Positions 21,151 to 33,328 are shown, counted from the first letter of the stretch. The stretch: 64,000 nucleotides of DNA from Nitrospirota bacterium (GCA_963845065.1 CAWJQQ010000009.1:1056001-1120000); one strand, 5' to 3'. Numbers and translations: made by a program. Notes: generated by a model from the letters alone, not told the origin.

Positions 21151-22278
21151 ATGGCAAGGAAAATGGTAATTATGATTGTAGTTGTCGGTGTGCTATTAGG
21201 CGGCCTATTCGGTTTTAAAGCTTTCAAGGCCAGCATGATGAAAAAATATATGTCCTTCAAGATGCCGCCGGTGACGGTTAGCGCCATGAAGGCTGAATTC
21301 CAACCGTGGCAGCCGCAAGTGAAAGCCGTCGGAAGTCTGCGCGCCGTCCGTGGCGTCGATGTGACCAGTGAGATATCGGGGCTCGTACGCTCGCTCCATT
21401 TCGAGTCCGGCGAGGAAGTCAAAGATGGACAGGTCCTGGTCGAGCTCAACGCCGATGCAGATATTGCACAACTGCATGCCTATCAAGCTGCGGCAGATCT
21501 GGCAAAGACGATATATGAGCGCGATAAGAAGCAGTTCGAGATTCAGGCGGTCAGTCAGGCAACGCTGGACAGCGAAGCGGCAGATCTCAAGAGCAAACGC
21601 GCCCAGGTTGCAGCGCAGCAGGCAGTAGTCGACAAAAAGACCATTCTTGCGCCCTTCAGCGGCAGGCTCGGTATCAGTACGGTCAATCCCGGACAATATA
21701 TTAATCCAGGTGATAAGATCGTTACACTTCAGGACCTGAATCCTCTTTACGTGGATTTTTATCTACCGCAGCAGGAACTCTCTCGTGTCGAGCTTGGACA
21801 GACCGTTACCGTAACTACCGACACGTACCCCGGCCGTACGTTCACAGGAAAGATCACGGTCGTCAATCCGAAAGTGGACCCTGATACGCGGAACTTCCAG
21901 GCGGAGGCGACGATCGCCAACCCGAAACGCGTGTTGTTGCCGGGAATGTACGCAACCGTTGAAGTTCGGGCTGGCGTTACGCAGCGCTATTTGACGCTGC
22001 CGCAGACTGTCGTGACCTATAATCCGTATGGAGATACTGTTTTCGTCATCCAAGAAAGCGGGAAGGGTGCTGACGGAAAGTCTCGTCTGATTGTTCAACA
22101 GCGCTTTGTCACCGTAGGTCCTATCCGCGGCGACCAGGTTGCTATACTCACCGAGGTCAAAGAAGGCGATATGGTAGTGACGAGCGGTCAACTGAAACTG
22201 AGGAATGGCAGCGAGGTGATAATTAATAACCAGGTTCAGCCGGAGAATGAGCAAGCACCGAAACCGGTGGACCAGTAG
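21151..22278 (+). CDS. RND periplasmic adaptor (MFP, MexH/MexV-like)
   Basis: N-terminal TM, AVGSLRAVRGVDVTSEISG, APFSGRLG, LLPGMYA, VVTSGQLKL. Confidence 0.93.
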   Translation: MARKMVIMIVVVGVLLGGLFGFKAFKASMMKKYMSFKMPPVTVSAMKAEFQPWQPQVKAVGSLRAVRGVDVTSEISGLVRSLHFESGEEVKDGQVLVELNADADIAQLHAYQAAADLAKTIYERDKKQFEIQAVSQATLDSEAADLKSKRAQVAAQQAVVDKKTILAPFSGRLGISTVNPGQYINPGDKIVTLQDLNPLYVDFYLPQQELSRVELGQTVTVTTDTYPGRTFTGKITVVNPKVDPDTRNFQAEATIANPKRVLLPGMYATVEVRAGVTQRYLTLPQTVVTYNPYGDTVFVIQESGKGADGKSRLIVQQRFVTVGPIRGDQVAILTEVKEGDMVVTSGQLKLRNGSEVIINNQVQPENEQAPKPVDQ

Positions 22279-22380
22279 AGATGGGGAGTTCGATAAACGA
22301 TGTCTGATCTATGATTCACGAAGAAGTCGGTTTTTTTCTCTCTTGTTAATCGTGCAGCATGGATCGTCATAGGTGTTCCT

Positions 22381-25300
22381 ATGAAATTTACTGATCTATT
22401 CATAAGACGTCCGGTACTTGCCACCGTGGTTAGCCTGCTAATCCTGGTACTCGGTCTACGGTCTATGGGGCTCCTGCCTGTTCGTCAGTATCCGCTGATT
22501 CAGAATGCAGTGGTGACGGTCCAGACCACCTATTATGGTGCAGACCCAGCGTTGGTTGCCGGTTTCATTACAACGCCGCTCGAAAATTCCATTGCCCAGG
22601 CGAGTGGCATTGACTATTTGACTTCGTCGAGCCAGCTTAGTGTGAGCACTATCCAGGCGAGCCTGCGCTTGAACTACGATCCGAACAAGGCTTTAACGGA
22701 GATCAATACGCGGGTGAATGCGGTTCTAAACAAACTTCCAAGGGACGCGCAGCAGCCGGTCATTACCATCGCCATCGGCGAGACTATTGATTCCATGTAC
22801 ATGGGGTTTTATAGTTCTGTGCTTCCCACGAACAAAATCACCGACTATCTGATCCGGGTTGTCCAGCCCAAGCTGCAGGCCGTCGATGGTGTGCAGACCG
22901 CCGAAATTCTCGGCCAGCGCCTATTCGCGCTGAGGGCGTGGCTCGACCCGGACCGGATGGCGGCTTACGGCGTGAGCGGCACCGACGTCAGTGACGCTCT
23001 TGCCGCAAACGACTTTATTTCAGCCGTTGGTCGCACCAAGGGCCAGATGGTTACCGTCGACCTCAATGCGGACACCGGCATGCATTCCGTGGAAGAGTTC
23101 CGGAACCTCGTAATTAAGTCTCAGAACGGTGCGATTGTTCGGCTTGGAGATGTCGCCAATGTGACACTGGGCGCTGAGGATTATGATACAGCGGTTGCCT
23201 TCGACGGCAAGAGCGCCGTGTTTATCGGTATTAAAGTGGCCCCGACGGCGAACCTGCTTTCGGTTGTCGCTGGAGTACATAAAGCATTTCCCCCCATTGC
23301 ACAGCAATTGCCGGAAGGACTGCAAGGCCGCATCGTATACGATGCCACCAAATACGTCAACAGTTCGATAAAAGAGGTTATTTTTACGTTGGTCGAGGCG
23401 CTTCTGATCGTGACAGCCGTGATCTTCCTGTTCCTCGGCACCGTGAGGTCCGTGCTCATCCCGACGATTGCCATGCCGCTCTCTCTCATCGGCGCGTTCT
23501 TTATCATGCTCGTCCTGGGCTACACTATCAACCTCTTGACGCTGCTTGCGTTGGTACTCGCCATCGGCCTCGTCGTTGACGACGCGATCATCGTCGTGGA
23601 GAACGTGCATAGGCACATGGAGGCAGGAATGAAACCGCTGCCTGCCTCGCTTCAGGGCGCGCGTGAACTCGCTGGTCCGATCGTCGCGATCTCTGTCGTG
23701 CTGATCGCGGTGTACATACCGATTGGGTTCATGGGAGGTCTCACAGGTGCGCTCTTTACCGAGTTTGCCTATACGCTGGCCGGCGCTGTGGCCGTGTCAG
23801 CCATCATCGCGCTCACGCTGTCTCCTATGATGTGCTCTCGGTTTTTAAAACCCTATGGGCATGAAAGCCAGAACCGGTTCGCATCTTGGGTTGATAGACA
23901 ATTCAATCGGCTACGCAGCGGCTATGAGCGATTATTGCATGATTCACTCAACACCCTGCCGGTCACGGGCGTGTTTGCTGTTCTCATTCTGGTTAGCATC
24001 TATTTTCTGTACACGACGTCGAAGAGCGAACTCGCGCCGCAGGAAGACCAGGGGATCCTTATTACCATCGCCACTGCCGCACCGAACGCCTCGCTGGAAC
24101 AGACGCGGCTTTTTACCCGGCAAGTATATGATACCTTCGATTCCTTTTCGGAAACGGACCATGTATTTCAGTTCGATGGTGTTAGTGGCCTCAATACGGG
24201 CATCGCGGGTATGGTGCTGAAACCTTGGGACGAACGCAAGCTCACAGCAGATCAGCTTCAGCCACAGTTGCAGATGAAGCTCGGCAATATAGCAGGCCTG
24301 CGCGCTGTTGCATTTCAAAACCCGCCTTTACCGGGTTCGGGTCGTGGATTGCCGGTGCAGTTCGTAATTGGCACTACCGAACCCTTTGCAAGACTGAACG
24401 ATGTATCGCAGGCGCTTATAGGCAAAGCCTACGCAACTGGAAAATTCGCGTTCCTCGATACGGATCTTAAAATCGATAAAGCTCAGACCAACCTGGAGTT
24501 CGATCGCGATAAGGCCGGTCAACTCGGTCTGACAATGAGTAACGTCGGCGGCGCGCTCGGTTCTATGCTGGGCGGCGGTTACGTCAACTACTTTAGCCTT
24601 TCCGGCCGTTCCTACAAGGTGATCCCACAGGTGATGCAAAGTGACCGGCTCAATGCTGCGCAGCTGCAGGACTACTACATAAGGACCCCAAGCGGAGCAT
24701 CAGTCCCCATTTCGACTATCACGAAACTGAAGACCGCGGTCGTTCCCGAATCACTCAACCACTTCCAACAACTCAACTCGGCGACTATCTCGGCAGTAAT
24801 GAAACCGGGGGTGACGCTAGGCGAAGCGTTGGACACGCTCAAAGCGCTTTCCAAGGACGTGCTTCCCCAGGGCTACAGCATTGATTACGCAGGCCAATCG
24901 CGACAGTATGTGCAGGAATCAACGGCATTGGAGGTGACGTTTTTCTTCTCACTTATCATCATTTTCCTCGCGCTGGCGGCACTGTTCGAAAGTTTCCGTG
25001 ATCCATTCACTGTTCTGATAAGCGTGCCCATGTCGATCTGTGGGGCCATGATCTTTATCAGCTTGGGCGTCGGGGGTGCCAGCCTCAACATCTATACCGA
25101 AGTGGGTCTTGTCACGCTAATTGGCCTTATCAGCAAACATGGCATTCTGATCGTACAGTTCGCGAACGATTTGCAGCGCGAGGGGAAAGGAAAACGGGAG
25201 GCCGTTGAGATGGCTGCCGCCATCCGGCTTCGGCCGATCCTCATGACCACTGCGGCCATGGTACTGGGCGTTCTGCCGCTCGTTACCGCGTCGGGCGCGG

Positions 25301-25458
25301 GAGCAGCGGGCCGGTTTAGTATGGGCTTGGTGATCATGACGGGTATTTCTATCGGGACCCTGTTCACATTGTTTGTGGTGCCTGCAATGTACATGTTCCT
25401 TGCTGCCGAACATACAAAGAAAGAATCGGCAGAAGACATGGCTGAAATAGCATCGTAA
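22381..25458 (+). CDS. RND efflux permease (MexI/MexW-like)
   Basis: 1025 aa; MKFTDLFIRRPVLA, AIGLVVDDAIIVVEN, GLISKHGILIV, RLRPILMTT. Confidence 0.95.
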   Translation: MKFTDLFIRRPVLATVVSLLILVLGLRSMGLLPVRQYPLIQNAVVTVQTTYYGADPALVAGFITTPLENSIAQASGIDYLTSSSQLSVSTIQASLRLNYDPNKALTEINTRVNAVLNKLPRDAQQPVITIAIGETIDSMYMGFYSSVLPTNKITDYLIRVVQPKLQAVDGVQTAEILGQRLFALRAWLDPDRMAAYGVSGTDVSDALAANDFISAVGRTKGQMVTVDLNADTGMHSVEEFRNLVIKSQNGAIVRLGDVANVTLGAEDYDTAVAFDGKSAVFIGIKVAPTANLLSVVAGVHKAFPPIAQQLPEGLQGRIVYDATKYVNSSIKEVIFTLVEALLIVTAVIFLFLGTVRSVLIPTIAMPLSLIGAFFIMLVLGYTINLLTLLALVLAIGLVVDDAIIVVENVHRHMEAGMKPLPASLQGARELAGPIVAISVVLIAVYIPIGFMGGLTGALFTEFAYTLAGAVAVSAIIALTLSPMMCSRFLKPYGHESQNRFASWVDRQFNRLRSGYERLLHDSLNTLPVTGVFAVLILVSIYFLYTTSKSELAPQEDQGILITIATAAPNASLEQTRLFTRQVYDTFDSFSETDHVFQFDGVSGLNTGIAGMVLKPWDERKLTADQLQPQLQMKLGNIAGLRAVAFQNPPLPGSGRGLPVQFVIGTTEPFARLNDVSQALIGKAYATGKFAFLDTDLKIDKAQTNLEFDRDKAGQLGLTMSNVGGALGSMLGGGYVNYFSLSGRSYKVIPQVMQSDRLNAAQLQDYYIRTPSGASVPISTITKLKTAVVPESLNHFQQLNSATISAVMKPGVTLGEALDTLKALSKDVLPQGYSIDYAGQSRQYVQESTALEVTFFFSLIIIFLALAALFESFRDPFTVLISVPMSICGAMIFISLGVGGASLNIYTEVGLVTLIGLISKHGILIVQFANDLQREGKGKREAVEMAAAIRLRPILMTTAAMVLGVLPLVTASGAGAAGRFSMGLVIMTGISIGTLFTLFVVPAMYMFLAAEHTKKESAEDMAEIAS

Positions 25459-25525
25459 TCAGGCCAATTCTTATGAAAATATATGGATATTTTCTGCTCT
25501 CGCGAGTGAGGGGGGACGGTGTTCA

Positions 25526-26473
25526 ATGATAAAGCGCAAACTTGGAAATTCAGGTATAGAAATCACGCCCCTTGCCTTGGGCGGCAATGTCTTCGGATGG
25601 ACAGTTGATGAACCGACGGCATTTAAGATATTTGATGCTTTTGTAGAAACTGGACTTAATCTAATTGATACTGCAGATTCGTATTCCCGCTGGGTCGCTG
25701 GCAATAAAGGTGGTGAATCAGAGACAATCATCGGGAAATGGCTGAAACAGAGTGGAAACAGAAACAATGTGGTCATAGCTACCAAAGTCGGGAGTGAAAT
25801 GGGACCGAGGAAGCGCGGACTTTCGAAATCCTATATTCTGCGTGCGGTTGAAGATTCGCTGAAACGCCTGCAGATAGATCATATTGATCTTTATCAGTCG
25901 CATTACGACGATCCGGCTACACCATTGGAGGAAACGCTCGGTGCATTCGAGGAATTGATCAAGCAGGGAAAGGTGCGGGCAATAGGCGCTTCAAACTTCA
26001 GTGCATCGAGACTTTTCATGGCGTTGCAAGTCAGCAAGGACCGGGGATTGCCGGCTTACGAATGCCTGCAGCCCCGCTATAATCTCTATGATCGAGCCGA
26101 TTATGAACAATCTCTCGAACCCCTCTGCCGGGAACAGGGATTGGGAGTGATCACATACTATTCTTTGGCAAGTGGATTTCTTACGGGCAAGTACCGGTTG
26201 GAAAAAGATTTGTCTAAGAGTGTCAGGGGCCAAGGGATTAAACTCTATCTGAATGAGCGTGGGTTCCGGATTCTCAAGGCTCTAGATCAGGTTGCCAAGC
26301 AATACCATTCTACTCCATCGAGCGTTGCCCTTGCCTGGCTTATAGCACGTCCGGGAGTCACTGCCCCGATTGCCAGTGTGACGAGCTTGGAGCAATTGAA
26401 TGACCATATAGCCGCGACAAGGCTGGAACTAGACCAGGAGTCGATAGAACTGCTGACACAGGCGAGTGACTAG
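25526..26473 (+). CDS. Aldo/keto reductase
   Basis: LGGNVFGW, DTADSY, IATKVG, SLKRLQ.D.IDLYQSH, GKVRAIGASNF. Confidence 0.94.
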   Translation: MIKRKLGNSGIEITPLALGGNVFGWTVDEPTAFKIFDAFVETGLNLIDTADSYSRWVAGNKGGESETIIGKWLKQSGNRNNVVIATKVGSEMGPRKRGLSKSYILRAVEDSLKRLQIDHIDLYQSHYDDPATPLEETLGAFEELIKQGKVRAIGASNFSASRLFMALQVSKDRGLPAYECLQPRYNLYDRADYEQSLEPLCREQGLGVITYYSLASGFLTGKYRLEKDLSKSVRGQGIKLYLNERGFRILKALDQVAKQYHSTPSSVALAWLIARPGVTAPIASVTSLEQLNDHIAATRLELDQESIELLTQASD

Positions 26474-26718
26474 TAAGGTATCTCCTTTATCACTCCGACC
26501 ATGAAGACCCCATCCAAACTAAGTATAGGTTGTATATAATCTGCGACGTAGGCATGAACGTTATAATTTAGGATTCTACGCGTGAAACCCTAACAAATCA
26601 GCAGCCCAGTTTTTAGGGGACTTCTGGATTGCGGGGAAGGTGAAAAGCAGCGATAAAAAAGTAAATCGAATTCAACACCTCGTTCACATAAAAATCATAG
26701 GCTCGAGTGCGCATCATT

Positions 26719-28311
26719 TCATGTTTTGATATTAGCGGTGGCCCTTCCCAGCTCAGCGGCAATGTCCGAAAGGTTTTGCACCTCCCCGGTCACATCCTTT
26801 GCCATTTTTTCCATGTCCATTGAGATGTTTGAGGTAGCCTCTATGTTCATTGCTACTTCTGCGGCTGTAGCAGACTGCTCTTCCACTGCTGTCGCAATCT
26901 GATTTATTTGGTCCCTGACCTTCTTGATTGATTCGACGATTGTCTCAAGGACATTGTTGAGATTTTTAATATGGCCAGTGGCCTTTGTTACTCCCTTAGT
27001 TGATGCTGCCATTGATGCTGCAGTTTTGGTTGATTCGGCCTGGACGGTGCTGATTTCTGCTGAGATTTCAGCAGTAGCCTGAATAGTCCGTTCCGCCAGC
27101 TTTCTTACCTCGTCCGCTACAACGGCAAATCCTCTCCCTTGCTCTCCCGCTCTCGCAGCCTCTATCGCTGCATTCAAGGCCAGGAGATTCGTCTGGTCCG
27201 CTATGCCTTTTATTACCGTCACGACATTGCCAATCTCCGATGTTCTCTTATTTAACTTTTCAACCATACTTGATAGATTCACCGTGGAGATGTTCACCTC
27301 GTTTATGGTGTCTACTGATAAGATCGTTATCTGCTTCCCGCTTTCAGCTATTTCCATGGCATCAGTCGAATTTTCAGCTGAGTCCGCAGCGCTTTGTGCG
27401 ATGTGAGCGATTGTACGATTCATTTCATCAGCTGCTGTGGCAATCAAATGCGCTTGGCCTGCTTGTTTCTTTGCCCCTTCCGACGAAGCTTCTGCTTGTG
27501 ATCTGACAATATCAATAGCAGGTAATATTTTGGCAGAGGTGGTGATGATGGTATGAAGCATTTTCGAAAAGTGCTTGATGACCATATCAACATTTTGTGA
27601 CATTTGGGCTATCTCATCTTTACCTTCCAGAGACAGAGAAGTATCTGTATAGCCTTCACCGACTTTTCTTACTTTTTCCAATAGGATCTTCATGGGCGCA
27701 TAAGTTTTATTGACCAAGACCACTACAATTAACGACATTGCGAGTATCCCAACCAGTCCGAACAGGCCATAAAGATACTGCATGGTCCTTATCCTGATTA
27801 AAGAATCCTTAATCGGAACTCGCATGCTGATGGCTCCCAAAACCGTTCCCTCTTTTACGTTATGGCAGGAAAGACAGTTTTTGCCCATGTATCTTTCCTT
27901 TGCTATATAGGGAAACACACCCCGGATTGTATCACCTTCGATGATGATTTGTTCTTTACCATTTTCCATTACTTCCTTATCAAGAGCATCAGCAGCGTAA
28001 TCTTTCGTATCTCCCTTTCCGAAGTCTTTGTCGACGTTTTCTGACCGGATCACGCTCAGCTCAACAAAGTTCTGCATCTGTTCGATAAATGGTCCTTTGG
28101 CCTCCTTAATATTGTTTGCCAACATCATCGTGGTTAGTGCATTTAAGATGGTATCTCGATACGCAGTAAGTGTCGAATGCTCAACCTCGTGGAGAACTAT
28201 CGACTCTGTTTTGTATCCCGCCACCAGGGTAGAAATCGACACGCCAATAATTATAAGAAGTATGATTGGTGCGGAAAGCTTCCATTTTATTGAGATATCT
28301 CTTAATTGCAT
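26719..28311 (-). CDS. Methyl-accepting chemotaxis protein with a periplasmic c-type heme motif
   Basis: Two TMs, CLSCH (CxxCH) between them, HAMP domain, [38 protein letters not shown]. Confidence 0.92.
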   Translation of the reverse strand: MQLRDISIKWKLSAPIILLIIIGVSISTLVAGYKTESIVLHEVEHSTLTAYRDTILNALTTMMLANNIKEAKGPFIEQMQNFVELSVIRSENVDKDFGKGDTKDYAADALDKEVMENGKEQIIIEGDTIRGVFPYIAKERYMGKNCLSCHNVKEGTVLGAISMRVPIKDSLIRIRTMQYLYGLFGLVGILAMSLIVVVLVNKTYAPMKILLEKVRKVGEGYTDTSLSLEGKDEIAQMSQNVDMVIKHFSKMLHTIITTSAKILPAIDIVRSQAEASSEGAKKQAGQAHLIATAADEMNRTIAHIAQSAADSAENSTDAMEIAESGKQITILSVDTINEVNISTVNLSSMVEKLNKRTSEIGNVVTVIKGIADQTNLLALNAAIEAARAGEQGRGFAVVADEVRKLAERTIQATAEISAEISTVQAESTKTAASMAASTKGVTKATGHIKNLNNVLETIVESIKKVRDQINQIATAVEEQSATAAEVAMNIEATSNISMDMEKMAKDVTGEVQNLSDIAAELGRATANIKT

Positions 28312-28827
28312 TTCGCTCCTCGCTAGTGCTCAAATATGACCATATCTCCTACAAGGTAAGTTGTACGATAGCCTCTGCAAATTTCGATGGAGCCTGATCT
28401 TGCATTGCATGTCGGCATTTTCTTGCAGAACTTTAATTTGAAATTTCATAACGATAACTATGGAGAACATTTTGCTTATGAAAGATCCTCTATTTTTTGT
28501 AATACGGCCGGTTATCAGGCTATTGGTATATTCTCGGAAGTGCCATTAGAATCGAAGTTGTTGAAAAAAAGAAATTGAGCACTAGGCTCTTTAAATTTCA
28601 TGTCATACTTGGTCACATTTCTCCAAGCTACCTCATTCTCTCAAGATACAATAATTAAAATAATCGGCGTAGATTGAAAGGCTTGTGATATATTAAAGTT
28701 TTTTCTTAATATTCCGATATGTACACTAAATCCCAGAGTTAATTGCTATTCATACTCAGACTAATTCAGCTGTTACGACCCAGTTCGTTTTTTAGTACTG
28801 GGTACCACGCTAAACAGGAGATGAACA

Positions 28828-30537
28828 ATGGCTTCACAGGAAGAACAGGGATATAATAACAAGCTGTGTTTTCGCAGGAATTTAGGTGTAGCAGCACTTG
28901 CACTGCTTGTATTTCAAGTAGTTGTTTTTTTTGCTTTTTATTCTTATGAGAAGCGGACAACTCTCGTGTATTTATATGGTCTGACTCTGCTCTCTTCTGT
29001 TGCTTTAATATTTTATTACTACATCAAAATCGTAAAGCCCTCGAATCAGTTAATGACATGTATCGTAAATGTTTACAACCGGAACGGATCAAAATCAGTG
29101 GAACTCGTGGCCATAACCGATGACCGAATCCGAGCACTGGCCGACAATTTGCACAAAGCCGTGGACAAACCAAAGTTATCGATAGCAGCCAATATGAACC
29201 TGGCGATTAAAGTGGCTACGGGGTCCGCACAAATGGCCAAGCGCATCAAAGGCACTGCTGAAAGCGCGAAGAAACAAAGCGAGCTTACCGATATCATCTT
29301 TAATCTCAGCAACACGACAAGCTCAGCTATAACCGATATATCTCAAAATGCCCAGGCCATATCGTCTTCTACGTCGCAAAATCTCACAACTGCACGTTCT
29401 TCACTCAAAGAACTGAAATTAGTAACAGAAGAAATAAACAGGATCAACGAAAGACTTCTAACCTTCAATACGACGGTTTCAACGCTGCAGAAGAATTCAG
29501 AAAACATCAAGGATATCGTATCATTAATCACGGGCATATCAGATCAGACAAATCTCCTTGCCCTAAACGCGGCCATCGAGGCGGCCAGGGCCGGCGAGCA
29601 GGGAAGAGGCTTCGCCGTTGTAGCCGACGAGGTGCGAAAGCTTGCCGAGCGGGTTAAAAAATCGACTGAGGAAATTTCTCGCACGATAAATGAGATGACC
29701 GAACAGGTCCATGAAACTTTGGCAGAAATCAAGGAGATCAATGAATACATGAACAACACAAAGGGAGTCGTGCAAAAGGCTTCCGGCGGGTTTGACAGCA
29801 TGCTTAAGGACTTTGAGAATAATAGTTCACAGCTAACCAGGATCGCAGAGTCTATCGGGAACCTCTCGCAGATCAACGAAAACATCAACGAAAAAGTCTC
29901 TGGAATACATACGCTGAGCACGGAGACAACGAAACAGATGGACGAATCAGGAAAATATTCTACCGATCTGTCTCAGACCGCTGAAGAAATGCAGATGAAC
30001 ATGTCGACCTTTATGGTTGGTACGGGGCTCGTTCAGGAGATTATAGATAAAACTAAAAAATACCGAGATATCTTCCAGACGCAAATTGAGGAGCTTTCAG
30101 ACAGAGGAATCGACGTTTTTGACCGCAATTATAAACTAATACCAGGTTCAAAACCGCAGAGATTTAATACTGTTTACGATGGTTACTTTGATAAAGAACT
30201 TAAGCAAGGATACGATAGTGCCTCGACCGATATCACGGGGTCCATCTATGTATTATGCGTGGATGAGAACGGATATGCACCGGCCCACAATAGTAAGTTT
30301 TCTAAACCACCGACGGGCAAATATGAAGTCGATCTCCTGAATACGCGAGACAAGCGGCTGTTCAATGATAAGGTCGGAATAACACTGGCAAAAAATACCG
30401 GTCCTTTCCTTCTTCAGACCTATATGAGGGACACGGGGGAAACGATTAATGATTTTTCCATGCCCATTATCGTGAAGGGACGACATTGGGGCGCCATTAG
30501 AATCGGTATCATGTCAAAGACACTTGGAATGGATTAA
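28828..30537 (+). CDS. Methyl-accepting chemotaxis protein with a C-terminal Cache/PAS-like extra domain
   Basis: TM hairpin, MCP signalling core, then about 170 aa with [32 protein letters not shown] and [10 protein letters not shown]. Confidence 0.9.
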   Translation: MASQEEQGYNNKLCFRRNLGVAALALLVFQVVVFFAFYSYEKRTTLVYLYGLTLLSSVALIFYYYIKIVKPSNQLMTCIVNVYNRNGSKSVELVAITDDRIRALADNLHKAVDKPKLSIAANMNLAIKVATGSAQMAKRIKGTAESAKKQSELTDIIFNLSNTTSSAITDISQNAQAISSSTSQNLTTARSSLKELKLVTEEINRINERLLTFNTTVSTLQKNSENIKDIVSLITGISDQTNLLALNAAIEAARAGEQGRGFAVVADEVRKLAERVKKSTEEISRTINEMTEQVHETLAEIKEINEYMNNTKGVVQKASGGFDSMLKDFENNSSQLTRIAESIGNLSQINENINEKVSGIHTLSTETTKQMDESGKYSTDLSQTAEEMQMNMSTFMVGTGLVQEIIDKTKKYRDIFQTQIEELSDRGIDVFDRNYKLIPGSKPQRFNTVYDGYFDKELKQGYDSASTDITGSIYVLCVDENGYAPAHNSKFSKPPTGKYEVDLLNTRDKRLFNDKVGITLAKNTGPFLLQTYMRDTGETINDFSMPIIVKGRHWGAIRIGIMSKTLGMD

Positions 30538-30601
30538 GAGAAGGCTCTACTAACTTTTATACGCACATATTGCAGCTTGCACGGGTTTTAGATGTAATTA
30601 C

Positions 30602-32086
30602 CAAACCATCCGCAGAAAGCTCCTTGTTTTAACCATGGGGATGAATGCGGGAACTTACCTTCCCGACAATTGCTAGACAAATGTTCATCTATATGGTATA
30701 TTTAACGTAACAATGCCATGTAATATATTAAAAACCCCCTCTTCCATCCATGAGTTTCAACTCGTAACTACCTGCAAAGACAACCGAATGCTTGCTATTC
30801 GGCTCGAGGCTGGCCGCCATCTGTATAATGCCTGCCTTGGCGAAGCGCTGAAACGTCTTGCTGCGATGCGTCAGTCTGAAAAATGGCTCACTGCGATTAG
30901 AAAAAAGAAAGCAAGCTGCGCACCAAGATGTTTAAGGCAGCCAGAAACCAAGCCAACCATACCGAATACAGCCTCCATGACTACGTCGGCGTTCTTCGCA
31001 ACTCTTGCTGGATCGGAGACGATATCGACAGCCTGACTGCCCAAAAATTAGCGACCAGGGCATACAATGCCGTAGCCGACTACGAGTTTGGCAAGCATGG
31101 CAAGCCCCGTTTTAAATGCCGTGGCTGGATGTCGTCACTTGAGGGCAAAAACAATGCATCCGGAATACGGTGGTGCGATGATCATGTCGAATGGCCTGGT
31201 CTTAACCTCAGCTGTCTCTTCGATCACAAGGACAAGTTCGGTGTCCAGGCTCACGCGCTTAGCCATGAAGTCAAATACGTCCGGCTGGTCAAGAAGACTA
31301 TCCGCGGCTATCCCCGCTGGTTTGCCCAACTCGTACTAAAGGGCACAGCTAAGGTCAAGCGAGAGAACCAGATCGGCACCGAGACTGTTGGTTTAGACAT
31401 CGACAGGCGCTAACGTAGGCGATACCGATGCCCGGATCGTTGAGTTCTGCCCGGAAGTCGAGGTTCCGTACAAACAAATCAGGGTTGTGCAGCGCAAGAT
31501 AGACAGAAGTCTTAGAGCCACTAATCCGGATAACTACAACGAGAGCGGCACAATCAAGTCCGGCAAAAAGCAGTGGTCTTCTCCGCTCAATACCGTGCTC
31601 TAAGCTGTGTTGGCCGAGCTTAAGCGGGTCCTCGCTGCAACGAGAAAACGATCTCATGGAAAGCCTGCCACTGAGATTCTTAAGCTCGGGACTAACATCA
31701 AAACCGAGAAACTTTCGTACGAAGCCTTTCAAGGAACATTTGGCAAAAGCGTATCAAAAAGCGCTCCAGGTATGTTTTTTTTGATGCTTCGTCGCAAAGC
31801 CGAAAACGCTGGCGGCCAGATAATCGAATTCCCTACCCAAAGCACGAAACTTTCAGAGACATGCCACTGCGGTGAAGTTAAAAAGAAGTTCCTCTCAAAG
31901 CGGCAACACGTTTGCGCATGTGGTGTGGATGCGCAGTGCGATCTATATTCCGCATTTCTCGCAAAGAACGTTTCGAACGATGTCCTCAACACGCGCCAGG
32001 CTCTAGCAGCCTGGCCGGGTGCAAACCTGCTCCTCGAACGGGCGGTGTTGAGGCTGCAGCATGAAGCGGCGATCGGTCGTCCTCAT
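30602..32086 (+). mobile_element. Degenerate TnpB-only IS200/IS605 element, copy 1; right end missing
   Basis: TTAC (30598-30601) then left end CAAACCATCCGCAGAAAGCTCCTTGTTTTAACCATGGGG. Similarity to copy 2 (50572-52251) stops near 32086. Confidence 0.85.
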
Positions 32087-32116
32087 AAATATTGTTATGA
32101 TTTGTCTGAAGCATAG
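30713..32116 (+). pseudogene. tnpB: tnpB pseudogene (frameshifts and stops)
   Basis: Fragments 30713-31036, 30928-31413 and 31607-32116 carry HLYNACLGE, GKPRFK, VGLDI and LSETCHCG...CACG..AQCDLYSAF. Confidence 0.9.
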
Positions 32117-32405
32117 AGGGAAATGTATTATCATCAATGATTGTTCATCGTTCTAAAGATAAGAAGGCTGATCAGATCCTTACTATTTAAATAAGGGCAC
32201 AATTATTTAACGATAACCGGTAACACTGCTCGGCTGCCACCAGATACAGTGAGATAAAAGACTATTGTTTTAGAAACAATTGAATTGTGCACACCTTCTG
32301 GCGCCCTATTATTGCAGGCCCTGATTTGACAGCTACAGTATCTTATGATAAGTTCAAATTGAAGGAGTGAATTCGTAAATTATATGGTGCGAAGGGGGTA
32401 CAACC

Positions 32406-32945
32406 ATGAAAATTCCTTTACAGGTTACGTTTCGGAACATGCAGCAATCTGCGGTCATTGAGGCGAGCATCAACGAAAAGGCGTCCAAGCTTGACAAATT
32501 TTACGACCGAATCATTAGCTGCAGGGTTGTAGTCGAGGCACTACAGCGCCGCCATCATCAGGGTAACCTCTATAGCGTTCGTATTGACATCGCCGTACCG
32601 GGCAAGGAACTGGCGGTCAGTCGCCAGGAGGACGCCGACGCCTATGTGGCAGTCCGTGATGCATTCGACGCCGCAGTGAGGCTGATCGAGGAGCATGGCA
32701 GACAAGTTCGTGGTTCTGTTAAGGCACACACTGAACCACCTATAGGCCGTATCGTCAGGATATTTCCTGAATCGGATTACGGCTTTATAAAAACGTCGGA
32801 CGAGCGAGAGATCTATTTTCATAAAAACAGCGTGCTCAATGATGTTAATTTTTATAATCTGAAATTCGGGACCGAAGTGACTTTCATCGAGGAACAGGGA
32901 ACAGAGGGGCCGCAGGCAGCACGAGTCGCGATCAGTCGACGATAA
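32406..32945 (+). CDS. HPF/RaiA ribosome hibernation factor fused to a cold-shock domain
   Basis: N-terminal HPF (LQVTFRN...IISCRVVVE...DAYVAVRDAFDAA) and C-terminal CSD (YGFIKT.D.REIYFHKNSV...GPQA); TTGACA at 32326-32331 upstream. Confidence 0.88.
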   Translation: MKIPLQVTFRNMQQSAVIEASINEKASKLDKFYDRIISCRVVVEALQRRHHQGNLYSVRIDIAVPGKELAVSRQEDADAYVAVRDAFDAAVRLIEEHGRQVRGSVKAHTEPPIGRIVRIFPESDYGFIKTSDEREIYFHKNSVLNDVNFYNLKFGTEVTFIEEQGTEGPQAARVAISRR

Positions 32946-33299
32946 TTTGCTTGGTTGCAGAGGAAGTCGAAAAGACTTCCCTGCACAGTCCGGTTTGAGC
33001 CAGAGCTTTTTCCTCGTCTCCTTCCGCATGTCACAAAATGGGTTCTCCATTCATATTATTTGTGTACCAAAACCTGCATACCGATAATGGAACTATATAT
33101 TCATTTAGAGTTCCGAACGGCATATTATCTCTTAATCTGGCCCAATATGAGCGCTGAACTGATTGAAAGTCTATTCTATCACACATAAATTAAAAGGAAA
33201 AAAGGGCAGGTTTGAACTGACGAATGAAGATGAAGACGCCACGGTGCAATGAGGATTTGTTTATCCCCTTACCCGTGTACCAAATTTCCTCAAAACCTC

Positions 33300-33328
33300 T
33301 TGACAACGTTTCAAGGTGCAGGTATATA
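33300..33328 (+). promoter_or_regulatory. Putative sigma70 promoter of htpG
   Basis: TTGACA-17 bp-TATATA. Confidence 0.55.
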
